Positions 38,836 to 46,445 of a stretch of DNA of 64,000 nt are shown here, one piece after another; the stretch's first letter is position 1, and every line of letters begins with the position of its first letter. The notes under the pieces are model-generated. The model had not been told where the DNA came from and did not search any database. It worked only from the letters and a program-made list of their open reading frames with translations. The position numbers and the translations under genes were made by a program. Source of the stretch: an uncultured Bacteroidales bacterium (GTDB taxonomy: Bacteria; Bacteroidota; Bacteroidia; Bacteroidales; Bacteroidaceae); assembly GCA_902799985.1 (NCBI GenBank), contig CADCCR010000011.1, positions 153-64,152 of the forward strand. The letters are read 5' to 3'.

Positions 38836-39320
38836 ACGTTCTTTTTGTATAGTTCAAAACCTTTGTTAATGATCTCTTCGGTCAGGAGCATCCCGCACTC
38901 CTGACGTGCCATGGCACGGACGAGTGCCGGCCAGTCATGTTCCGTGAGCCGCTGCGTGTCGCTCAGGCCAGTCCACAGGCAGACGTTGCGGATGTAGCGT
39001 TCGGTATCGTTCTCTGTGGGCGGTGCCCAGCGTCCGATGATGTCGCGGATGCAGCACAGCCCGTGCTTGTTGCGATAGGAGCGTAGGATGCAGAATGCGG
39101 CTCGGAGGCCCCATTCCATGCTCTCAAAGCGGACGAAGGCCCCTCTCCCGACCTCCCCCAAAGGGGAGGCCACATTGCTGATGAGGGGCTGCTCGCCTGG
39201 AGTTGACTTCGTCGGGCGTTTGCTACTCCCCTTGCAGAGGGAGTCAGCGGGGGTCTCTTCCCCCTTCCACTTCTGCCCTTTGACTCGGCGGATATTCAGC
39301 GGGTTGTTGTTAGAGTTCAT
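38832..39320 (-). CDS. Hypothetical protein downstream of the HU-HIG gene (family seen in phage and Bacteroidales contexts; function unknown)
   Basis: NPLNIRRVKGQKWKGE...FVRFESMEWGLRAAFCILRSYRNKHG...IRDIIGRWAPPTENDTERYIRNV. It carries an in-frame palindromic element (ASPLGEVGRGAF). Confidence 0.7.
   Translation of the reverse strand: MNSNNNPLNIRRVKGQKWKGEETPADSLCKGSSKRPTKSTPGEQPLISNVASPLGEVGRGAFVRFESMEWGLRAAFCILRSYRNKHGLCCIRDIIGRWAPPTENDTERYIRNVCLWTGLSDTQRLTEHDWPALVRAMARQECGMLLTEEIINKGFELYKKNV
39136..39170. repeat. GC-rich palindromic element in frame within CDS 38832-39320
   Basis: aaggcccctctcccgacctcccccaaaggggaggc. Confidence 0.85.
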
Positions 39321-39346
39321 AGTTCATAATTCATAGTTCATAGTTA
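39314..39346. repeat. Octamer-type repeat (TTCATAGT/TTCATAAT) spanning the start codon of CDS 38832-39320
   Basis: agttcatagttcataattcatagttcatagtta. Confidence 0.75.
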
Positions 39347-39380
39347 AGAGTTTTGCGTTTTTGTTTCCGCGGCCGTTCCC

Positions 39381-39423
39381 CGCCTCCCCTTTGGGGGAGG
39401 AGGGGTTAGGGGAGGAGAGGGGC
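39381..39423. repeat. GC-rich palindromic element between the HU-HIG gene and the downstream gene
   Basis: cgcctcccctttgggggaggaggggttaggggaggagaggggc. Confidence 0.85.
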
Positions 39424-39427
39424 ATGG

Positions 39428-39889
39428 TTACTCGAGCCCCTGGATGGTGTCCTGGTTCTTGATGACCTCGATGGCGGAGTTCTGTGCGGCACGGGTGGGC
39501 ACAAGCTGGAAGGTGGCGTAGGAGCGGAGGTCCTGGAATTCCTTGCCGGGAGTCCAGCTGACGTTCACCTCCTTGATGTTGGCAGCGGTGAAGGCATCGG
39601 CGGTCTTGGCTCCTTCGGTCTTGAGCTGTGCCTGGAAGTCGCCCAGGTCGCCGAGCTTGACGCGCTTGCCGTCGAGGATGAGTTCGCGCAGACACCCTAC
39701 GGCGATGTTGAGTACGGCGATGATGTCCCCCTTGCTGTAGACGCTGCCGTGGTTGGTGATGTGGTTGGCAAAGGCGTTGATGTCGAGTACTTCGTTCGAC
39801 TGTGCCACGCCGTAGGCCTTGGTCTCGGTGATGTCTTCCTTCTTGGTTCCGGGCTGTGCGGACATGATAGCGATGCTGTAGTTAATCAT
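39428..39889 (-). CDS. Bacteroidales-type HU-like DNA-binding protein (HU-HIG architecture)
   Basis: 153 aa with an HU-like core (...NHITNHGSVYSKGDIIAVLNIAVGCLRELILDGKRVKLGDLGDF...) and a C-terminal extension. Confidence 0.75.
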   Translation of the reverse strand: MINYSIAIMSAQPGTKKEDITETKAYGVAQSNEVLDINAFANHITNHGSVYSKGDIIAVLNIAVGCLRELILDGKRVKLGDLGDFQAQLKTEGAKTADAFTAANIKEVNVSWTPGKEFQDLRSYATFQLVPTRAAQNSAIEVIKNQDTIQGLE

Positions 39890-40064
39890 AATAGTTGTTG
39901 TTTGTAGTTAATGAATAATGAGTGATTGTTTTCAGAAGCGCTTCTACTTATATATACAGCATTTGTGTGCATTTGTCAACCCCTTGACGTAAATATTTAT
40001 TCTTGTGGCGGGTGAATTTCTTCTCCCCACATATTATAATATATACGTGCGGACGTGCGCATAA

Positions 40065-40157
40065 GGAAGCTCAGGCTTCCGGGGTAAGCGGCCCGTGCTT
40101 CCGTAATAAGCGCCCTGCGCTTCCGAGATAAGCGCCTTGCGCTTCTGAAATAAGCGC
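40065..40157. repeat. 22-bp hairpin array (about 4 units)
   Basis: ...gcttccgtaataagcgccctgcgcttccgagataagcgccttgcgcttctgaaataagcgc. Same family as 12695-12835, in reverse orientation. Confidence 0.85.
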
Positions 40158-40217
40158 GGGGAGTTTCTGCTACAAGTGCGGGAAGTGATGGATGAAGGAC
40201 TGTGTAGGAAACAAAAA

Positions 40218-40244
40218 GACCCCTCCCGTCATTTGGGAGGGGTC
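40218..40244 (-). terminator. Second hairpin plus T-run downstream of the HU gene
   Basis: GACCCCTCCC-gtcattt-GGGAGGGGTC, followed on the minus strand by TTTTTGTTTCCTACAC. The same junction sequence occurs at 25855-25871. Confidence 0.55.
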
Positions 40245-40295
40245 GCTGGAGAGGCTGTTGCTCTTCCTCGGCACAATTAGAAATAAAAAGTGCCT

Positions 40296-40328
40296 ACAAA
40301 AAGGTGCTTCCCAAGGGGGAAGTGCCTA
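40296..40328 (-). terminator. Intrinsic terminator of the HU gene
   Basis: The minus strand reads GGCACTTCCCccttGGGAAGCACC followed by TTTTT, about 20 nt after the stop. Confidence 0.65.
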
Positions 40329-40347
40329 TGAGGGTGAGTGTAGCCAG

Positions 40348-40611
40348 TTAGAATGCGAGTTCTGCGCCAGCCTTGAACTTAACCACCTTCTTAGCAGGGA
40401 TGGTGATAGTCTTACCGGTTGCGGGGTTGACACCCTTGCGAGCGCCACGCTCTGAAACGGCGAATGTGCCGAAGCCCACCAGAGCTACCTTGTCTTCTGC
40501 CTTAACAGCGGCGGTGATGGCGTCCAGAGTTGCCTCCAATGCCTTCTTTGCGTCTACTTTGCTCAAGCCTGCGCCCTCGGCGATCTTGGCTACTAATTCT
40601 GTTTTATTCAT
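40348..40611 (-). CDS. hup: HU family DNA-binding protein
   Basis: MNKTELVAKIAEGAGLSKVDAKKALEA...FGTFAVSERGARKGVNPATGKTITIPAKKVVKFKAG, the canonical HU fold signature. Confidence 0.95.
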   Translation of the reverse strand: MNKTELVAKIAEGAGLSKVDAKKALEATLDAITAAVKAEDKVALVGFGTFAVSERGARKGVNPATGKTITIPAKKVVKFKAGAELAF

Positions 40612-40680
40612 ACTCGAAATAATAAATATTGTTTGTAAATAGGTTGTTTATTCTGTGTTTATCATGCTTTTGCCTTACAA

Positions 40681-40688
40681 ATGTAGGG
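40681..40688 (-). promoter_or_regulatory. -7 box (TACATTTG on the minus strand) for the HU gene
   Basis: The plus strand reads CAAATGTA, about 70 nt upstream of the ATG at 40611. Confidence 0.4.
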
Positions 40689-40790
40689 AAACTTGTGCTA
40701 ACTACAAAGGAATTAAGCAAAAAAATGCTATAAATAGTGAAATTTTAATATGTTTGATTGTTTTTCCCCTTCTCCTACGTCTATTTTTTG

Positions 40791-40798
40791 TACCTTTG
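40791..40798 (+). promoter_or_regulatory. -7 box (TACCTTTG) for the rhomboid gene
   Basis: Matches TAnnTTTG, 34 nt upstream of the ATG at 40832. Confidence 0.5.
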
Positions 40799-40831
40799 CA
40801 GTCGAAAAAAAGAAACTACAGACTTTTCGAT

Positions 40832-41757
40832 ATGAATAACATGCCTCCTATAACGAAGAACCTGCTCATCATTAACGTTCTATGCTTTCTGGCCAGCCTG
40901 GCTTTCAGCACGCACGGCATAGACCTCGACGAGATTTTCGGTCTTCACTTTGTGCTGGCCGGCCATTTCCGTCCCTGGCAGTTCTTCACCTACATGTTCA
41001 TGCACGCCGGCTGGCAGCACCTCTTCTTCAATATGTTTGCCGTGTGGATGTTCGGACGCATCATGGAGCAGACGATGGGGCAGGGACGCTTCCTCTTCTA
41101 CTACCTGACGTGCGGACTGGGCGCCGGCGTGGCACAGGAACTGGTGCAGCTGGCAGAGTACTGGTACTACGGCTTCGGCAGCTTCGAGCAAGTGTCGCTC
41201 GGCGGCACGCTCGTCCCCATGGCCGACTATCTGGACCGCTGGAACACCGTCGGAGCCTCGGGTGCCGTCTATGGCATCCTGCTCTCCTTCGGCATGACGT
41301 TCCCCGAGGAGTGCCCATCAAGGCCAAGTACTTCGTCATGGGCTATGCCGTCATCGAGCTTCTCTCGGCGCTCTCGCAGAAGGGCGACGGCGTGGCACAC
41401 ATGGCTCACCTGGGCGGCATGCTCGTGGGCTTCCTGCTACTCCTCTACTGGCGCGGCGGAGGCGGCAAGAGCGGAGGCGGCGGCTACCGGAACTACGGGC
41501 GTGACGACAGCTCGTGGGACGGCTTCCGCAGCTGGTTCACCTCGCTGGGCAGCAGACTCTCCGCCTTGTGGAAGAAGAAGGAGCCGCACATCGACGTCAC
41601 CTACGGCGGGCAGTACAGCCGCGAGACGGCCTATCGCCAACAGAAGAAACAAGAGGAAGAGGAACTCAACCGCATCCTGGACAAGATAAAGAAGAGCGGC
41701 TACAGTCAGCTCACCGACGAGGAGAAGCGCCGCCTCTTCGACATGAGCAAGAAGTAA
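40832..41757 (+). pseudogene. Rhomboid family intramembrane serine protease, frameshifted near 41305-41312
   Basis: Frame A runs from MNNMPPITKNLL... to ...GASGAVYGILLSFGMTFPEE, which includes the catalytic Ser. Frame B continues VPIKAKYFVMGYAVIELL...AHLGGMLVGF, which includes the catalytic His, to the stop at 41757. Confidence 0.75.
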
Positions 41758-41811
41758 GAGCGCCCGTCCCCATCCTTCCGCGAAGAAGGGAGGGGAGAAG
41801 AAACAATCTGC

Positions 41812-42915
41812 ATGAGCAAGAAAGAAAGCAAAAAAGCCGCCCTCCGCGGAGGAAGGTTAGAGAAGGGCCTCAAGCGCATATCGGTCAGCCTTATCCTGGG
41901 TGCCAACATCTGCACCACGTTGCTGCTGTGGCTGTGCGTGGCCCTCACCTTCGTCTCGCCCGACGTCATCCCGCGCCTCTCGCTCCTGACGCTCGCCTTC
42001 CCCGTCTTCCTTGTCGTCGAAGTGCTCTTCGTGCTGTTCTGGCTCATCTTCTATGCCCGGCTCGCCTGGGTGCCTGTCGTCGGACTGCTCGTCGTGGGCG
42101 GCTACATCCTCGACTACTCTCCCATGCGTCTGGCAGGCGACACCGACGGCACCGACAGCACCCTGACCGTCATCTCCTACAATGTGGGCGGCATGTCGGA
42201 CAAGGAGAAACGCACCGAGCTCTTGGACTACCTCCGCACGGCAGACGCCGACATCGTCTGTCTGCAAGAGGTCTCCACCCATTTCCTCAAGAACCATCAG
42301 AAGTGGCTCGACTCCACGTCCTACCACACCCTGCAGGCCGGCAGCCTGGCCTTCCTCTCCCACCATCCCTTCCTGAGCGATACCATCCGCATCAGCTTCC
42401 CCACCCGCAGCAACAGCAGCGTTGCCTGCTGGATAGACCTCGGCGGCGACAGCCTGCTCGTCATCAACAATCACCTGGAGAGCAACCATCTGAGCGAGGA
42501 AGAGAAGAGCGAGTATGCCCACACCATCACCGACCCTCACCGCCAGACCATCAAGAGCAGTTCGCGCATGCTCGTGGGCAAGTTGAGCGAAGCGGCAGGC
42601 TATCGCGGCGCACAGGCCGACAGCGTCTGCACCTTCGTCGACCGCCATGCCGGCCACCCCGCCATTGTCTGCGGCGACTTCAACGAGACCCCTGTCTCCT
42701 ACGTCTACCAGCAGTTCGACCGTCGCCTCGTGTCGGCCTATCGCGAAGCAGGCGTCGGCCCAGGTTTTTCTTACTCCCGACGCTCCTTCCCGGTGCGCAT
42801 CGACCACCTCTTTCACTCCCCTCATTGGACGTGCACCTCATACCGCATCGATCGCACCATTTCGGTCTCCGACCACTACCCGCTCATCGTCCGTTTGCGG
42901 AAAAAAGTGCAATAA
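41812..42915 (+). CDS. Membrane-anchored endonuclease/exonuclease/phosphatase (EEP) family protein
   Basis: N-terminal transmembrane helices, then TVISYNVGGM...DIVCLQEV...CGDFNETP...RIDHLFHS...SDHYPL. Confidence 0.85.
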   Translation: MSKKESKKAALRGGRLEKGLKRISVSLILGANICTTLLLWLCVALTFVSPDVIPRLSLLTLAFPVFLVVEVLFVLFWLIFYARLAWVPVVGLLVVGGYILDYSPMRLAGDTDGTDSTLTVISYNVGGMSDKEKRTELLDYLRTADADIVCLQEVSTHFLKNHQKWLDSTSYHTLQAGSLAFLSHHPFLSDTIRISFPTRSNSSVACWIDLGGDSLLVINNHLESNHLSEEEKSEYAHTITDPHRQTIKSSSRMLVGKLSEAAGYRGAQADSVCTFVDRHAGHPAIVCGDFNETPVSYVYQQFDRRLVSAYREAGVGPGFSYSRRSFPVRIDHLFHSPHWTCTSYRIDRTISVSDHYPLIVRLRKKVQ

Positions 42916-42971
42916 AACTCCTTTTGTGCGGAAAAAAGTGGCAAAATCTCTTTTGTTTCAAGAAAAAAGCG

Positions 42972-42979
42972 TATCTTTG
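42972..42979 (+). promoter_or_regulatory. -7 box (TATCTTTG), with TTTG at 42952-42955, upstream of secDF
   Basis: TAnnTTTG with a candidate -33 TTTG 16 nt upstream, 60 nt before the ATG. Confidence 0.5.
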
Positions 42980-43038
42980 CACGCTATAATGCCCAAAACG
43001 AATAAAAACAAACAAAACATTAAATAAAATTATTAACA

Positions 43039-46000
43039 ATGCAAAACAAAGGATTTGTAAAGGTTTTCGCGCTCCTGCTTACGCTGGTGTGCATCTTTTA
43101 CCTGAGTTTCTCCGTTGTGACAAGTCACTACGAGAGCAAGGCTGAGGCTATCGCACAGACTGACGGCCAGGAAGCTGCCGACCGTTATCTGGACACCCTG
43201 CTCAACAAGAAGGTGTACTGCAACGTATGGACTCTGAAGGAGTGCCGCGAGATGGGCATCGGCCTGGGTCTCGACCTCAAGGGCGGTATGAATGTCATTC
43301 TCGAGGTAAGCGTGCCTGATGTCGTCAAGGCATTGGCCGACCACAAGGAGGAGACCGACGAAAACTTCCGCAAGGCTGTAGAGCAGGCAACAACCGCTGC
43401 TCAGGCTAGTCAGAGTGATTTTATTACCTTATTTATTAAGAACTACAAGGAATTGGAGCCCAACAAGGCTCTGGCCGAGCTCTTTGCCACACAGCAGCTG
43501 CGCGACAAGGTGACCACCAAGAGCACCGATGCAGAGGTGGAGCGCGTGCTCCGCGCCGAGGTGAAGAGTGCCATCGACAACTCGTACAACGTGCTTCGCA
43601 CACGTATCGACCGTTTCGGTGTGGTTCAGCCCAACATCCAGGCCCTCGAAGGCCAGGAGGGTCGCATCATGGTCGAAATGCCCGGCGTGAAGGAGCCCGA
43701 GCGCGTGCGTAAGCTCTTGCAGGGCAGCGCCAACCTCGAGTTCTGGGAGACCTACAATGCACAGGAGATTACTCCTTTCCTCATTAACCTCGACGCCAAG
43801 CTTGCTGCCGCACTGAGCACCATCGAAGATGAGGCTCCTGCCGACACAGCAACTGTCGTTGCACATACCGACGAGCAGAAGGTTGAAGCACCTGCCGACA
43901 CCGCTAAGGCAACAGCCGACCTGGCTTCTGCCGTAGCCGACAAGGATGTCGATGCCACTCAGAACATGTCTGCTGCCGACATCGAGAAGGCTCACAAGCA
44001 GAATCCCCTGCTCAGCCGCTTGAACCACAGATATGCCTATGGTTGCGTGGTAGGCGTTGCCAGCAAGCGCGACATGGACGCCATCGACGAACTGCTTGCT
44101 TCTCCCGAGGCAAAGGAAGTTCTTCCCTCTGACCTCCGCCTCAAGTGGGGCGTGAAGGGCATGGGCGAAGGTGCCAACGCAAACATCTATGAGCTCTATG
44201 CCATCAAGGTTACGGAGCGCAACGGCCGTGCTCCCCTCGAGGGCGACGTTGTGACCGATGCCAGCGACTCTTTCGACCAGCGCGGTATGCCTTGCGTCAG
44301 CATGAAGATGAACGTCGACGGTGCACGCCGCTGGGCAGCCCTCACCAAGGCTAACCTCAAGCGTAGCGTCGCCATCGTGCTCGACGACAATGTATACAGT
44401 GCTCCCACCGTACAGAGCGAGATTACCGGTGGTAACTCCGAGATTACGGGTCACTTCACAGCAGAGGACACCCGCGACCTGGCCAACGTGCTGAAGTCCG
44501 GTAAGATGCCCGCTCCTGCCAAGATTGTGAGCGAGGAGATTGTAGGTCCCTCTCTGGGTGCCGAGTCCATCCGCCAGGGTATCTGGAGCTGCGTCATCGC
44601 CTTCATTATCCTCATGGTCTACATGATCACGATGTATGGCTTCATTCCTGGAATGGTTGCCAACGGTGCTCTTATCCTGAACCTCTTCTTCACCATCGGT
44701 GTCCTGACCAGTTTCCAGGCAGCCCTGACCATGAGCGGTATCGCCGGTATGGTGCTGTCGTTGGGTATGGCCGTCGATGCCAACGTGCTCATCTACGAGC
44801 GCACGAAGGAAGAGATGAAGGCCGGCAAGAAGGTGCGCGAGGCACTGGCTGCCGGTTACAGCAACGCCTTCAGCGCCATCTTCGACTCGAACCTGACGTC
44901 CGTCATCACGGCTATCATCCTCTACTACTTCGGTACAGGACCCATCCGCGGCTTCGCCACCACGTTGCTCATCGGTATCTGCGTCAGCTTCTTCACCGCT
45001 GTGTTCCTCACACGCGTCGTGTACACACAGGTTATGGATAAGGACAAGTGGCTCGGCCTGACCTTCCGTACGGCCATCGGCGACAAGATTTCCTTCCAGA
45101 ATCCTGCCTACAAGTTCATGAATGCCTACAAGCGTAGCTTCACCATCTTCGGCGTGTTGGCAATCCTCAGCGTTGTCTTCATGTTCACACGCGGCTTCAG
45201 CAAGAGCATCGACTTCACCGGCGGTCGCAACTTCGTTGTGCTGTTCGAGAATCAGGTGCAGCCCGAGACCGTTCGTGGTCTGCTGGCCGAGGCATTCCCC
45301 GAAAGCAACACCAGCGCCATCGCTCTGGGCACCGAGGGCAAGACCGTCCGTATCTCTACGAACTATCGCATTGAAGAGGACGGCATCGAGGTGGACAGCG
45401 AGATTGAAGAGAAGCTCTTCAACACCCTGAAGGGCGGCGGTCTGCTGGCAGGCGACCTCACCTTGGAGAACTTCATCAACCGCGACGAGCGTGCCGGCGG
45501 CTCCATCATCAGCAGCCAGAAGGTAGGTCCTTCCGTAGCATCCGACATCACGAAGGGTGCCATCTGGAGCGTCATCCTCGCCTTCATCGCCATCTTCGTC
45601 TACATCTTCATCCGCTTCCGCAACCTGTCATTCTCCTTCGGTGCCATCACCGCACTGTTTGTCGACATCATCCTCATCCTGGGAATGTACAGCATGTGCT
45701 GGGGCTGGATGCCCTTCTCGCTCGAGATAGACCAGACGTTCATCGGTGCCGTGCTGACCGCTATCGGTTATTCTATCAACGATAAGGTGGTTGTCTTCGA
45801 CCGCATCCGCGAGTTCCTCCGCCTGCACCCGAAGCGCGACAAGCAGGACCTCTTCAATGCTTCGCTGAACAGCACCCTGAACCGTACCATCAACACCTCT
45901 GTCTCTACGTTCATCGTACTGGCAGTCATCTTCTGCCTCGGCGGTAACAGCATCCGCTCGTTCGCCTTCGCTATGATTCTGGGTGTCATCTTCGGTACGC

Positions 46001-46083
46001 TCTCGTCCATCTTCGTGGCAGCTCCCACAGCCTACCTCACACATGGCAAGACCATCGTGGAAGGTGCAGAAGAGAAGAAGTAA
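43039..46083 (+). CDS. secDF: Protein translocase subunit SecDF (fused)
   Basis: 1,014 aa with a large periplasmic domain and two 6-TM blocks (...GLDLKGGMNVILEV..., ...IDFTGGRNFVV...). Confidence 0.95.
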   Translation: MQNKGFVKVFALLLTLVCIFYLSFSVVTSHYESKAEAIAQTDGQEAADRYLDTLLNKKVYCNVWTLKECREMGIGLGLDLKGGMNVILEVSVPDVVKALADHKEETDENFRKAVEQATTAAQASQSDFITLFIKNYKELEPNKALAELFATQQLRDKVTTKSTDAEVERVLRAEVKSAIDNSYNVLRTRIDRFGVVQPNIQALEGQEGRIMVEMPGVKEPERVRKLLQGSANLEFWETYNAQEITPFLINLDAKLAAALSTIEDEAPADTATVVAHTDEQKVEAPADTAKATADLASAVADKDVDATQNMSAADIEKAHKQNPLLSRLNHRYAYGCVVGVASKRDMDAIDELLASPEAKEVLPSDLRLKWGVKGMGEGANANIYELYAIKVTERNGRAPLEGDVVTDASDSFDQRGMPCVSMKMNVDGARRWAALTKANLKRSVAIVLDDNVYSAPTVQSEITGGNSEITGHFTAEDTRDLANVLKSGKMPAPAKIVSEEIVGPSLGAESIRQGIWSCVIAFIILMVYMITMYGFIPGMVANGALILNLFFTIGVLTSFQAALTMSGIAGMVLSLGMAVDANVLIYERTKEEMKAGKKVREALAAGYSNAFSAIFDSNLTSVITAIILYYFGTGPIRGFATTLLIGICVSFFTAVFLTRVVYTQVMDKDKWLGLTFRTAIGDKISFQNPAYKFMNAYKRSFTIFGVLAILSVVFMFTRGFSKSIDFTGGRNFVVLFENQVQPETVRGLLAEAFPESNTSAIALGTEGKTVRISTNYRIEEDGIEVDSEIEEKLFNTLKGGGLLAGDLTLENFINRDERAGGSIISSQKVGPSVASDITKGAIWSVILAFIAIFVYIFIRFRNLSFSFGAITALFVDIILILGMYSMCWGWMPFSLEIDQTFIGAVLTAIGYSINDKVVVFDRIREFLRLHPKRDKQDLFNASLNSTLNRTINTSVSTFIVLAVIFCLGGNSIRSFAFAMILGVIFGTLSSIFVAAPTAYLTHGKTIVEGAEEKK

Positions 46084-46201
46084 GAACCAGGAATCCGACG
46101 GGGACTGACCCCGACAGATGCTCCTATATAGAGAGAAGGACGTGTGTCAAAGACTTTTGGCACACGTCCTTCTTTGTTTTTCGACACGTGGTTGGTTCGG
46201 A

Positions 46202-46283
46202 GACCCCCTCCAAACCTCCCCGAGGGGAGGCGTCCTTCGCTGCGACATCCACTCCCCCGCGGGGGAGACGGAAGGGGGCGCTT
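46202..46283. repeat. Two copies of the GC-rich palindromic element in opposite orientation
   Basis: gaccccctccaaacctccccgaggggaggc (46202-46231) and ctcccccgcgggggagacggaagggggcgctt (46252-46283). Confidence 0.8.
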
Positions 46284-46349
46284 CCGGAAGCGCCCCGTGC
46301 TTATTCCGGAAGCGCCTAGCGCTTATTTTGGAAGCGCACGGAGCTTTTT
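46277..46349. repeat. 22-bp hairpin array (about 3 units) ending in a T-run
   Basis: ggcgcttccggaagcgccccgtgcttattccggaagcgcctagcgcttattttggaagcgcacggagcttttt. Confidence 0.85.
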
Positions 46350-46415
46350 GTCCCGCCGCAGGGGGTGAGAAGTCAGAATCTGTTTCGTTTCCTTTGTCAT
46401 TTCGAATTTTATCTG

Positions 46416-46423
46416 TAACTTTG
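46416..46423 (+). promoter_or_regulatory. -7 box (TAACTTTG) for mutS
   Basis: Matches TAnnTTTG, 23 nt upstream of the ATG at 46446. Confidence 0.5.
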
Positions 46424-46445
46424 CAGAAAGAAAATACAGACAGAC

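Noticed and set aside
40192-40455. 87-aa plus-strand ORF
   Set aside because: It overlaps the HU gene antisense and spans two terminator hairpins, so it is not credible as coding.
41514-42989. 491-aa Arg/Pro-rich ORF overlapping the rhomboid 3' end and the EEP gene
   Set aside because: It is out of frame with two motif-supported genes and has low-complexity composition.
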